From Octopus bimaculoides (taxonomy: Eukaryota), in assembly GCF_001194135.2 (NCBI RefSeq), contig NC_068982.1, positions 33,462,783 through 33,526,782 on the forward strand: 64,000 nt of DNA. The letters are read 5' to 3'. The notes beneath the pieces are model-generated. The model had not been told where the DNA came from, searched no databases, and saw only the letters and a program-made list of their open reading frames with translations. The stretch's first letter is position 1, and each line of letters opens with the position of its first letter. The position numbers were made by a program, and so were the translations under genes. Of the stretch, positions 13,325-25,191 are shown one piece after another.

Positions 13325-13408
13325 AAATCAGTGTGATGAGGGATCGGCTCTACTAGAGTGACTTGATTATGTCAGACGACAAAGATGAAAAACTTCTATG
13401 GTTCCTCA
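13325..13408 (+). CDS. Weak candidate exon containing an initiation codon (MSDDKDEKLLWFL, ATG at 13369)
   Basis: cag acceptor at 13322-13324, in-frame upstream TAG, donor TCA|GTGAGT; no recognisable homology. Confidence 0.2.
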
Positions 13409-13628
13409 GTGAGTCATGAAATATTGCTCTCTCTCTCTCTATCTATCTATCTATCTCATACACACACTTCTTTCCATCATACATAAATTACCTCCCCTAC
13501 TATATACATATTATCTTAATAGTAAAGATACACTCTTCCTCTCTCTCTCAATCATACACACACCTCTTTCTCTCATACATAAATTACCTTACCCTCTCAT
13601 ACACCCACACACTATAGTTGTAATATTG

Positions 13629-13663
<35 letters not shown>

Positions 13664-14039
13664 CACATCTTTTTCTCTATGGAAAATAGAAGTATGACAG
13701 GTATAATTAATAACTTTCCTTCCCTTCGCCCATTTTTGAAATATCCTCCTTTTGTATTTTTTTGTTTTACAAAATCAAAAAGAAAACAAAAAATTCATCA
13801 AAGCACTTGTTAATGCCACCAAACCAACAGAACCCTTTTGGACTAATTTAAAACCATTAGTTTTTCTTTATATCTGCTTACATACATGCAATGTATGTAA
13901 ACCACTGAGGGACCTACTAAAAACAGTAACTCAATATCTTTTGACAAACCCTACCAGCCTTAAAAAGAAAGAATGTCACATTAGAAAATGTAGTGTATCT
14001 CTCCATCCTCTCTGCCCAATATTTCTGGAAGGGCTGTGA

Positions 14040-14780
14040 GTTTGAGTCCTCAAGCTCCTCCTCCATAAGGTCCTATCAGAACTGTCATTAGACTTTCCAG
14101 CTGGATTTCCAATTGTGACCAACTGAAACCATGGATTTAATCCAACTGTCTCATTTTTAGTCTACCCCGAAGTCTGGCTTGTGGTTCTTTCCCATGACAT
14201 TTTATAACATGTCCACAGTACCAGAACTGCGACATTTCAATGCGGAGAAGTGGTAGTTTGACCAGGAGAGATTTCCTGATCTCCAAGTCATGCATCCTGA
14301 CAAGTAACATTACTCCAGAGATCCTTTAGAGGAACCATAGTTTAGCTGCTTGTATTCACAATCATACTCTTCAGGTCATTACCCAACATTCATAACCATA
14401 AATCATTGTTGTCATCATCATGATTTAACACCTGCTCTCCATGCTGTCATGAGTTAGATGGTTTGATTGAAGCTGGTAAGGCAGAGAGCTGCACCAGGCT
14501 CCAGTCTGTTTTGGCTTTGGTTTCTATGAATGTATGTCCTTCCTAGTGCCAACCACTCTACAGAGAGTCTAAAAACCAAATTGAAGATAGCAAGTTTGCA
14601 TTTTTTTGACCAACATCTCTTCTGAAGATCAGAAGGTAATCTCCAGTACGCAAGGCAGGGATAAAAATTATTGTTGCGTAGACTTAGATATTGGTCCACT
14701 CAAGAAAGTCTTCCTTGTGCCTTCTGCATGTTAGTGAAACATCACCGAGACAAGTGTAGAAGTTTAAGTATCTCAGGTCC
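14040..14780 (-). mobile_element. Rearranged RTE-like LINE fragments with an RTE 3'UTR copy (14400-14560) nested inside
   Basis: Minus strand RISGVMLL..EIRKSLLVKLPLLRIEMSQFWYCGHVIK and KLAIFNLVF; plus-strand KFKYL piece at about 14720-14780; homologous to 59815-59990 and 60295-60475. Confidence 0.7.
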
Positions 14781-15607
14781 TAAGCACTTAAAGATTGTGC
14801 TGACACCATATATATGTAGTTCAAAATTTAAACAATGTTAAGCCAAAAAATTTTTTTTTTTTAAATGAAACAAAACTAAGAGCAAGATGGGAGAAAATGT
14901 TTATTTTATCTTCTTATGATTCCACTTTATATTTCAAAACTTTTCTCCTACTTTTTTCTAATTGTAAAGTCTTCAATCAAATCCTTAGAATGACACCATG
15001 AACACTTTAAAATTATATTTCCGATCATATACACTACCTCGAATATTATTTTAGCAAATTTAAAGTGATTTCTTTTATGCTGTCAACAATTTACCATTGC
15101 TGTGGTGCCTCCACTTCCTTTGATGCCCTAAGCACATGCTTATTTTGATTAATGGTTAATTCAGTGCTCCAAGACTATTCACAAGAGATGAGAAGTGGGA
15201 AGCTAAATAAGATGCTAGTATTACTGGTGCTAACACAATAATGTGCCAGATGCAGCACAATGTAGTCTATTCCTGAAAATTAAACAGAATGGCCATAATT
15301 TGACTGCTTTTGATTGTAGGTCTGCTCATAAATGGTGACCTGCTTTCTAAGGTATTGCATCTGTTTTATATTTAATAAAATGGAACAGCACAATTTTTTA
15401 ATCGTGTTCTACAATCTAAATCAAGCAATTATTTCACCTTAATAAAGTAGGGTTACAGGAATTGTTTTCTTAACTATTCTTTCAGTAACACAGCAAAATT
15501 ATAAGAAACATGTGTTTTCTAACAGAAAAAAATAATAGTTAGATCACTCTAGAAAATAACAAAATTACTGTTTCTCTTCTACCCTGTTCTTTTGGGGGCC
15601 CCATGCT

Positions 15608-15679
<72 letters not shown>

Positions 15680-16168
15680 NNNNNNNNNNNNNNNNNNNNN
15701 NNNNNNNNNNNNNNNNNNNNNNNNNNNNNNNNNNNNNNNNNNNNNNNNNNNNNNNNNNNNNNNNNNNNNNNNNNNNNNNNNNNNNNNNNNNNNNNNNNNN
15801 NNNNNNNNNNNNNNNNNNNNNNNNNNNNNNNNNNNNNNNNNNNNNNNNNNNNNNNNNNNNNNNNNNNNNNNNNNNNNNNNNNNNNNNNAAAGAGAGAGAG
15901 AGAGAGAAAGAGAGAGAGAGGGAGAGAGAGAGAGGGAGAGAGAGAGAGAAAGAGGGAGAGAGAGAGAGAAAGAGAGAGATACTCTAATATTTTTGCCTAT
16001 TTTGAGGTTATTCTGCCAATAAAGTAGGGTTATATAATTGTTTTAAACTATTCCTTCACACAAAACAAAAATTAAATGATATATGACTTTCTTTTAACTT
16101 CTTGTGTATAGTCAGATATGTCTGTGTAATTCAGAAGATGACTTCACAAGTATATATGTGTGTGTGTG

Positions 16169-16199
<31 letters not shown>

Positions 16200-16202
<3 letters not shown>

Positions 16203-16980
16203 CGATAAGAAAATGGAGGGAAAATAACAATAAGAAGTGTGTCTTTTGCACTAGGAAGCCATTATTTAATTAGCTAAGAAAGGTGAGAGTGAAAGTGAGT
16301 TTACAATCGTTTCTGTGTACCATGGTGAGGAAAATATATATTTAAATTTTGGCCTTGTTGCCAATGATAGACATCATCAGAACGAAGAAGTCAGAAGTAG
16401 AGAAGATCGAAAGGTAGAGGAATACATCGGAAAAGAAAATGATCAAAGGTTTGAAAGTCTTGCATTATAGTTAGGTTCACTGTTCATTAAGTCCACTGTG
16501 AGGTGGAAGAAGGATAGAAGTTAGTTGAACATGTGGTCTCATGATCATTTAATAGCATGGCTTCCACGACTCTGTGAGTTCTGAGGGTTGACCAGCGGTG
16601 CAATGAAAGGGAGTTAACTCTAAAGGGATAACCGGTTCGGTTATAAGGACCTATGTGTCAGTAAGTTATAAGGACCTATGTGTCAGTAAGTTATAAGCTG
16701 TAGGCGGTTCGTGTTTATAAAGGAAGCCGTACAGTATAAATCGTGTAAAGTATAAATCAAGCGTCGGTACGATCTAGCATGTGGAGAGACTCATTGCCAG
16801 ATATGAAAAGTGCAAAGAGAAAGGGCAATGAGGCTAAAATATAAATATATATTTTCCTCACCATGGTACACAGAAACGATCGTAAATTCACTTTCACCTT
16901 TCTTAGCTAATTAAATAATGGCTTCCAAGTGCAAAAGACATACTTCTTATTGTTATTTTTCCTCCATTTTTTTATCGTCT
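16200..16980. mobile_element. About 780-bp non-autonomous element with about 160-bp terminal inverted repeats
   Basis: 16200-16362 is approximately the reverse complement of 16824-16980 (gacgataa..ttatttaattagctaagaaaggtga..gtgtaccatggtgaggaaaatatata); TA-rich flanks; no ORF inside. Confidence 0.85.
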
Positions 16981-17099
16981 ATATAAATTAAACTACGGTT
17001 TACCTGCTAAATTACCTGCTGCCGTATACCTTTTACCGAGGACTATACCTACTGAGGTAATTACCAGGAGTGCCTTTGGATATATCTATCCCTTAGAGG

Positions 17100-17291
17100 T
17101 TTTAAACACCTCTAACTTGGCCGTTGCCAGTACCGCCTGACTGGCCTTTGTAGGATTTTTGAGCGAGATCGTTGCCAGTGCCCCTAGACTGGCTCTTGTG
17201 CAGGTGGCACATAAAATACACCATCTTGAGTGTGACCGTTGCCAGTACCACCTGACTGGCCTTCGTGCGGGTGACACGTAAAAGCACCCAC
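17100..17291 (+). mobile_element. RTE 3'UTR copy with three internal cgttgccagt..gactggc repeats, cut by a gap
   Basis: Ends gtgacacgtaaaagcacccac, as at 12058. Confidence 0.8.
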
Positions 17292-17809
17292 NNNNNNNNN
17301 NNNNNNNNNNNNNNNNNNNNNNNNNNNNNNNNNNNNNNNNNNNNNNNNNNNNNNNNNNNNNNNNNNNNNNNNNNNNNNNNNNNNNNNNNNNNNNNNNNNN
17401 NNNNNNNNNNNNNNNNNNNNNNNNNNNNNNNNNNNNNNNNNNNNNNNNNNNNNNNNNNNNNNNNNNNNNNNNNNNNNNNNNNNNNNNNNNNNNNNNNNNN
17501 NNNNNNNNNNNNNNNNNNNNNNNNNNNNNNNNNNNNNNNNNNNNNNNNNNNNNNNNNNNNNNNNNNNNNNNNNNNNNNNNNNNNNNNNNNNNNNNNNNNN
17601 NNNNNNNNNNNNNNNNNNNNNNNNNNNNNNNNNNNNNNNNNNNNNNNNNNNNNNNNNNNNNNNNNNNNNNNNNNNNNNNNNNNNNNNNNNNNNNNNNNNN
17701 NNNNNNNNNNNNNNNNNNNNNNNNNNNNNNNNNNNNNNNNNNNNNNNNNNNNNNNNNNNNNNNNNNNNNNNNNAATTCTGATGGCCTCTTCTTTTCTTTA
17801 CACACACAA

Positions 17810-17894
<85 letters not shown>

Positions 17895-18204
17895 GATATA
17901 CACACACACACACATTATACATGTATTCCTATCCTGATTTCCTACAGAAAATTACTTTTCTATGAGGAATGCAGAAGTGGATTTCTTTAAAAAGAAAAGA
18001 AAGAAAAAAAGGGCTGCATGTGAGGAAGAAAGAGGGGCTTTATGTGTAAATTAAGCCACTCCCAATGAAATCTTTTTTCAGCTTCCTTTATAGTATGAGA
18101 GAGTATATCCCATTACATTTAAGTAGGACTGAAGAGTGTAAGTATAATAATCATTTGATATTTATGGGAATGGGCAGTATGGGACAGCTTTATGAAAATT
18201 TCTA

Positions 18205-18905
18205 GACTATGGCTCTGTAGTAGGAAGTTTGCTTCCCAATCACATGGCTCCTGGTTCAGTCCCACTGTGTGGTGCCTCAGGCAAATGTCTTTTACTATAG
18301 GTGAGGCCCAATCAAAGCCTTATAAGTAGATTTGGTACATGGAAACAAAAAGAATGTGTGCATGTGTGTCACAGCTTGACAACCGGTCTTGGTTCATTTT
18401 TTTTTTCTTTTGTGACCCATAACTTAGTGGCTTGACATGACAGACTTAAAAACGAAAGTACTAGGGTCAATTTGTTCAACTGGGATCTCAGCATGGCTTC
18501 AGCCCAATGACTGAAACAAATACAAGATAAAACAATGTACTTTGCCTCTCTTATCTACACAGACAACTTGTAAGATAGAATCTTCACATATCACAGGCAT
18601 ATGACACATAAATGAATAATTTCTTGAGATAGTAAAATCAAAGAAATTGATATGACCTCATAACCAACAAATTGGTAATGTCCTGAGAGCCATACAAACA
18701 CTTACAGTTTATGATGTCATATAGCTCTTTCTTTTATCTTTTACTTGTTTCATTCTTTGAATTGAGGCCATACTGGGGCTCCACCCTGAAGGGTTTGTCC
18801 GAGGCTATAGTAGAAGACACCTGCCCAAGGTGCCACGCAGTAGGACTGAACCCAGAACCATGTGGTTGGTAAGCAAGTTAATTACCACATAGCCACTCTT
18901 GCGCC

Positions 18906-18953
<48 letters not shown>

Positions 18954-19200
18954 GAGTATGTATATGTGTCTTTCTGTCTGTGTTTGTAAACCTCATCATG
19001 GCAACTACACTTGACAACCAGAGTTGATTTGTCTATGTCCCTGTAACTTTGTGGTTCACCAAAAGAGACTGAAAGAATAAGAACCAGACTTTTAAAAAAA
19101 ACAATAAGTGCTGGGGTCAATTTGTTCAACTACAACCTTTCAAAACAGTTACTCTAGCATGGCCACAGACTAATTACTGAAACAAGTAAATGATAAAATA
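18205..19200. mobile_element. SINE A copies: plus 18205-18530, minus 18735-18905, plus tail 18960-19200
   Basis: Head and tail motifs as in 5144-5608. Confidence 0.8.
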
Positions 19201-19224
19201 TAGGTTATCATCCATTATCAAGAA

Positions 19225-20300
19225 AAACACCACTGCCTCCCGCTCCCCTAAACATGAGTGGCACTCAATTAGGAGCTTCAAATTCACTCCAAATTGTAGG
19301 CCTCATTATCACCAAGGATCTCTATTGGAAAAAGCACAACCTTAATAAAGCTAGGACCACATACCAAAGACTGGACCTTATCTTCAAGGCTAGAAAATAT
19401 ATCAACCCCGAACAATGCTCAAATGAGGTCCACAATGGTGCACTTCTCTTACAACCAAAATAGTGCTGCTGCTGCTGCTACATGCAATTACAGACATCTT
19501 GGATCACTTCTAAAGAAAGGCTTACTTAACTGATTGGTATTAATCTTTTAGCATTTAAACCAGACATATTCATCCCAAATATTCTACCTGTTTTATGTTC
19601 AAGCCAGCTAAATCCAGCCTCTCACACCTACCATACAATATCATTCTAAAAATAAATTATGTGATCCTGCCAGTGATGGTACTACTTAAAAAACATCCAG
19701 TCTACACTGTAAAGTAGTTGGCATTTGGAAGGGCATCCAGCTGTAAAGACCATGCCAAAACTGACTTCACCTGTGCTGGTGCCATATAAAAAGCACTCAG
19801 CCCACTCTGTGGGGTTGTTGGTGTTAGGAAGGGCATCCAGCTGTAAAAACCATGCCAAAACAGACACAGAAGTATTGTGCAGGCTTCTGCCTGACCAGCT
19901 CCTGTTAAACTGTCCAACCCATGCCAGCATGGAAGGCAAATGTTAAACAATAATCATCATCATCATCATCATCATGATCATTAAAATCTCAAAGCTATAA
20001 GATAATACATGATTAATTCAAAGCAATATGAATAAATAAGCAAAACATTTAACAGAGTAATGTGAATACTAAAGGGTTATGTTACTGACAGACATACTGT
20101 CTCTTCTCTACCTTTTTGATTACTACTATAACAGTCTCTGTTCCTCAGAGCTCACTCATCTCATGTCTTCTTCATTCAGGCACTCCTGACCCACTCATCT
20201 TTCCATCTGGTCACCTTTGTTGTGTCCACTCCACCTGCCAGCCCCACACTAACATCAGTCCCCTGAAATCTCTCCATTGCTCATGTTTTCTTCTATATGT
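19225..20300 (+). pseudogene. CR1/L2-like LINE ORF2 C-terminal fragment, split by nested insertions at 19540-20079
   Basis: LQIVGLIITKDLYWKKH..ARTTYQRLDLIFKARKY (RT thumb region), LDH..RKAY..IG, then after the insert YYYNSLCSSELTHLM. Confidence 0.7.
19540..20079 (+). mobile_element. piggyBac-like MITE family 1, interrupted by an RTE 3'UTR copy (19661-19980)
   Basis: ttaatcttttagcatt start, gaatactaaagggtta end; the two halves join into the family-1 consensus. Confidence 0.75.
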
Positions 20301-20779
20301 TGGCCTACAACAGTTTAACCACAACATTAACAGCATCAAACACACCAGTCTCATGGGGCGTGCAAAGGTCATGAACATTGCCCCTTTCCTCCAGACTCAA
20401 CAAGAAAAGAAGAAGAAAAATCTTGGTTGCTAAATTTGAATAAGGAACTAAAAATGTGTTTTCAAGAGCTATATGGATACAGTGACTACAGTTACTTAGC
20501 TCTAAATTCTGTAGCATCGAAGATGTATTTCACTCTGGATTGATGCCAATCTATTACAGGTAACATCTTCAGAAAAGCTACTACCTATTTTTCCAAGGTA
20601 GGTGAACTAAAACATATAAAAATTGTTCTGTTAAGAGATACAATGAAATACAAATAGCAAATATCAACTCATGATCTGCTTTATCCATGTCTTTTTTTAG
20701 CTACTATGAAAGTAAACAGCTTAGTTTAACTACTTTAAATTTATTTTAGGTTTTCTTATACACCCAAGACAGTGCATGA

Positions 20780-21110
20780 ATTCTTTTACTTGTTTCAGTC
20801 ATTTTTAAGCCTAGTACATATTCTATTGGTCTCTTTTGCCAAACCACTAAGTCACAGAAAAATAAACACACCAACACCAGTTGTCAAGCAGTGGTGGGGG
20901 GGGGGGGAGAGAAACACAGACACATTCACACATAAATATATATACAATGGGCTTCTTTTAGTTTCCATCTATCAAATCCACTCAGAAGGCTTTGTTCAGC
21001 CTCAGGCTCACCAAAGCAGAAGACGCTTGCCCAAGGTGCTATGCAGTGGAACTAAAGCTAGAATCATGTGGTTGGGAAACAACCTTCTAACCACACAGCC
21101 ACACCAGAAC
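20780..21110 (-). mobile_element. SINE A copy
   Basis: cttttacttgtttcagtcat...cccaaggtgctatgcagtgg...ctaaccacacagccac. Confidence 0.85.
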
Positions 21111-21187
21111 CTTATTATTTAATCAGACCACTAATACAATATGTAAACCTATGTGGTAGACAAAAAAAGCTTATCAAATTTACCCAT

Positions 21188-21545
21188 GAACAGCCTAAAT
21201 TCATTTTCAACCCTTATTGGGGTCTCATCAGGTGTCTACATCATCAAAGAAACAAGTGGCCAATCTATTTATACACTCATCAAATCTAGAAGTTTCAGAG
21301 AACAGGAGTTAATAATTTGCATGTTACAAGTGTAAAGATACATAGTAAACATACAAATATGTCAAATTTATCTACTTCTCCATAGATTGAAAAAAATGAA
21401 GGAACAGTCTTAATTGATTTCCAACTGTTATTGGAGTCTCATCAAGTGTTTATATTACTTAATGAATCTCAGGGAAACAAGTAACTAATCCATTTACATA
21501 GACATCAAATCTAGTAGTTTCAGAGAACAGGAATTACTAATCTGC
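21188..21545 (-). repeat. Diverged direct repeat (period 214 bp); each unit has a hammerhead-core-like motif on the minus strand
   Basis: Units share ttattgg.gtctcatca.gtgt, gaaacaagt, catcaaatctag.agtttcagagaacagga; unit 1 reads CUGAUGA-GACCC-CAAUAA-GGGUU-GAAA on minus (21231-21205). Confidence 0.6.
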
Positions 21546-21684
21546 TTAAGCATAATATGTAAATTAGACTAACCACCACAGCATTGTATGTAAATTACAC
21601 TAACCTACCTACAAGTTTATGATTGATTTAAATAGTGATTTGTTATAATACCAAGTCACATGCAGAGGAATAGCTACTTATCCT

Positions 21685-21723
21685 CTGAAGAGTGGTCTAC
21701 AAACCATGAAACCTTTCAAGGTA
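21685..21723 (+). ncRNA. Degenerate or truncated hammerhead-like motif (no stem I)
   Basis: CUGAAGA-GUGG(ucuacaaa)CCAU-GAAA, stem III ACCUU(UC)AAGGU, GUA triplet; the flanks do not pair as stem I. Confidence 0.4.
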
Positions 21724-21809
21724 AACTCTTTTATATTACTATGTACTAGCTTGACCCGTGAAAAATTCACGGAAAACTTTAAAAAATGTAAGCATCTGTA
21801 AACAGTGTA

Positions 21810-21990
21810 CTGGTGCCATGAGAAATGTTTGTATATTATGACTGTCTGTCCTTATGTTCTGAGTTCAAATTCTGCTGCGGTTGACTTTGCCTTTCGTCCT
21901 TTTGGGGTTGATAAATTAAGTACCAGTTGTGTACTGTGGTCGATCTAATCAACTGGCCCCCTCCCCACAAAAATTTCAGGCCTAGAAATG
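21810..21990 (+). mobile_element. SINE family B copy
   Basis: gttctgagttcaaattctgctgcggttgactttgcctttcgtccttttggggttgataaattaagtaccag. Confidence 0.85.
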
Positions 21991-22166
21991 TAGATTGTGA
22001 CAGTTACAGAATATAGAAAGTAATGTAACACCAATGACTATATAATGCANNNNNNNNNNATCTAATCAACTGGCCCCCTCCCCACAAAAATTTCAGGCCT
22101 AGAAATGTAGATTGTGACAGTTACAGAATATAGAAAGTAATGTAACACCAATGACTATATAATGCA
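21943..22166. other. Assembly overlap: identical 107 bp on both sides of a 10-N gap
   Basis: 21943-22049 is identical to 22060-22166. Confidence 0.85.
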
Positions 22167-22279
22167 ACCAAAATATCTCAGTTACACAAACGTAAACGGA
22201 ATTACTATTTAACCTTAGAATACATCCTACATAGTCAAAGAACCTTCTTGGTTTAGTGGTACGGAATGTTTTTCTGGTA

Positions 22280-22560
22280 TTCTTTTACTTGTTGCAGTCA
22301 TTTGACAGTGGCCATGCTGGAGTACCATCCTTTAGTTGAAGAAATCGACCCCTGGACTTATTTCCTGTAAGCCTAGTGCTTATTCTATCAGTCTCTTCTG
22401 CTGAACAGCTAAATTACAGGGACGCAAACACACCAACATTGGCTGTTAAGCAATGGTGGTGGTGGTGGTGTTGGTGGTGGTGGTGGTGGTGGTGGTGGTG
22501 GTGGCACAAACACAGACACAAACACGCACACATACATACATGCATACATATGATAGGCTT
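22280..22560 (-). mobile_element. SINE A, 3' half, with a (GGT)n expansion
   Basis: cttttacttgttgcagtcatttgacagtggccatgctggag...gctaaattacagggacgcaaacacaccaac. Confidence 0.8.
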
Positions 22561-24109
22561 GGAGGTAGTGGTGATGCTGGCTGGTGCAATTTTGTGGTTT
22601 GCTGGTATGCTGAGAGAGATCCAGCGAGCCCCTAACTGGTTCCCCGACCTTAAAGGTGTAATGTGGATATGTAATGATGGAGTGGCTGGTGTGGGGGTGA
22701 TGCTAGCTGGTGTGGTGGTCTTCCTCATAGTACTTCATGGTAGACATTATTTTGTGTGTATGTTACACCACATTTTTGGCCTTGTTTGTTATCCAAACTG
22801 AGTGTCATAACTCTTACTTTCACTCTCTTTTTCTCTCTCACTTTTTTCTCTCTCTCACTCTCTTTCTTTCTCTCTTATGTCCTCTCTGAAACATTTAAAA
22901 ACACAAAACGAATGCCATCATCACTGATGTCTCTTTCGCTCTCTCTTTTTCTCTCTCTTCTTCTGTGTCCTCCTCTCTCGCGTTTTGCCACTTCTTTGAA
23001 GTAAGTGTGACGCACACAACAGGTACATACAAAAACAAAATGTTACTGTATTAATATCATTGATGATGATGACAAGAACAGCAAAATGTATTCCCATCTA
23101 TTTAAAGTTCCAAAGTGAAAGGCTTAAAAACTATAGTTTAACTACTTAAAATTTATCTTAAATTTATTAAAACAAATGTGTTATGAAGAAATAGATACTT
23201 ATTATTTAAACATACTAGAACAAAGTAATCATAATAAAAGACACAATGGTCCCAAATTTAGAGAAGAAGGTGGTTTGGTTTAATGTACAAAATACAAAGA
23301 AGACTGGAAACTATATACCACATTCAGGGACAATACAGTTGAGAACATGGAGTCCCCAGTGTATATGTGATTATAGTCGAATATTGATCCACACTAGTAA
23401 CTCTGAGAAGTTCTTATATGTATTACATATTTCTTTATAATCTGATGGGTGTGCTGAATATTATAAAGCAACAGAATAATTACAGGATGGAGTAGAAATA
23501 TAAGTGCAACTAATACTAGATAAGTCAGCTGAATATGTCAGCAAGTCCAGATGAAAAGACAAACATTCATAAACGTGTATACAGCAATGAAGCCTAAATA
23601 CAATTAAAGAATATGAAACAATATGAAAAAAGAACAAAAATAAAAATAAGACATCAGCTACAAGAAAAACTGCCTAGTAATATTAAATAATGATATCAAG
23701 CAGGTATGGCAGGGTTAATAAATAAAGCAAAACAGTATTTTATCTATGCAATTTCTTAACACACCTAATTTATTGTTATAAATAGAATTAAACAAATATT
23801 AGAAAAGAAGTCTTAAAAGCTTATTGTTACTATTATTATTATAAAATTGATATTATTTACTGTATTTCCTAGTGTATAACATGGCACTCTCACATAAGAT
23901 ATATTCTTATTTTATAAGAATATTTTGTGGGAAAACAAATTTAGTATATTTTGTTATAGCCTTACAATGTTGTGATAGTATAAGTTGAGTATGGACTATG
24001 ATACTAAACAGGAATATAAGCTGTGATTATATTTCAACTTCATCTTCTTCCATATCAACCCTATAATTGTTTATATTTTAGTCAAGAGAATTGCAATAGA
24101 AGATATACA

Positions 24110-24322
24110 GGATTAGGGTGGGTGCTGGCGCCACGTAATAAGCACCCAGTACACTCTGTAAAGTGATTGGCATTAGGAAGAGCAGCCAGGAATAGAAACC
24201 AAGCCAAAACAGAATATGAAACCCGGTACAGCCTCTAGCCTTGCCAGTTCTTGTCAAGCCATCCAACCCATACCAACATGGAAAACAAATATTAAATTTT
24301 GATGATGATGATGATGATGATT
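24110..24322 (+). mobile_element. RTE 3'UTR copy
   Basis: gccacgtaataagcacccagtacactctgtaaagtgattggcattaggaag...(GAT)n. Confidence 0.8.
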
Positions 24323-24742
24323 ACACTAAAACAGGAAGTTTATATCATAGAACCTGGGATAGTCTCAGGCAGATTGGTATCAAAACGGTTTAACGTTTGA
24401 AGTGAATAGGAAAGTTTAAAAACAACTCTACCTAACAGTGAATCTAACCCAAATATTTGATACAGCAGAGATAAAGGCCTGAATTGTAATCGGTTGAAAG
24501 AAAAATACTTGATAGAAAAAAAGCAAATGCATAAAAGCAGAAAGTTTCACAACCACAAAAGAAAACAAAGTGTGTACATGAGAATTTCTCTATTATTTGC
24601 TTGAAAATGTGTGTATTTTAATGTTTTATAATACTGTTATCGCACACAGCTATTATTGCATTAAGAACAACCCTATAATTAAGGGTGTATAAATAAATTG
24701 TGCAAAGGGCAATGACAAAACGATAAAGACTTTTTAACTTAC

Positions 24743-24819
24743 TTGTCCTAGGCCTAAACCATGGTTTCGCAACTTCTGGATGTGACGGCTGATACTGCGA
24801 ACAGCCTCTATACTCTCCG
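24743..24819 (-). CDS. Probable internal coding exon (77 bp) of an unidentified large-intron gene
   Basis: Acceptor ttttctgttttcttactgtattttcag|, donor CAA|GTAAGT; unique and CpG-containing; two open frames: ESIEAVRSISRHIQKLRNHGLGLGQ or GEYRGCSQYQPSHPEVAKPWFRPRT. Confidence 0.6.
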
Positions 24820-25020
24820 CTGAAAATACAGTAAGAAAACAGAAAAAGTCATGAAATATCAAATGACCAGATCCAAGTAATGTAACAATTTAAAAAAAAA
24901 AAGGCAAATATAATTCCATAACTTTTATAGTATTTTCCAAAAAATAAAAAAACAATTTCATTTTTGTATTATATTCCAGGATGATCATTGTTTTCTTTTT
25001 ACCAAATAAATACACACAGT

Positions 25021-25191
25021 ATATTCGCTCTTCACTTCATCTTTATTATTGTTCTTATTTTAGTGTCCTTTGTCTGGAAATCTTTCGCCACACATCCTGT
25101 AACCTCTCCAGCGACTCTCCATCTCACATGTCTCTTTCTGTTCTGTTTAGTTTATTTTGTCAATAATAAAGCTGAAGTGAAGAACGAATAT
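25021..25191. mobile_element. 171-bp MITE-like element with 31-bp inverted repeats
   Basis: atattcgctcttcacttcatctttattattg (25021-25051) versus the reverse complement of 25161-25191: 2 mismatches; TA at both ends. Confidence 0.7.

Noticed and set aside
20515-20559. 45-bp plus-strand exon (tag|...cag|gtaac)
   Set aside because: Two frames are open but neither peptide is recognisable and the acceptor is weak; within chance expectation.
21943-22166. 107-bp tandem duplication as biology (a similar case at 48660-48840)
   Set aside because: Identical copies abut a 10-N gap, typical of unmerged contig overlap.
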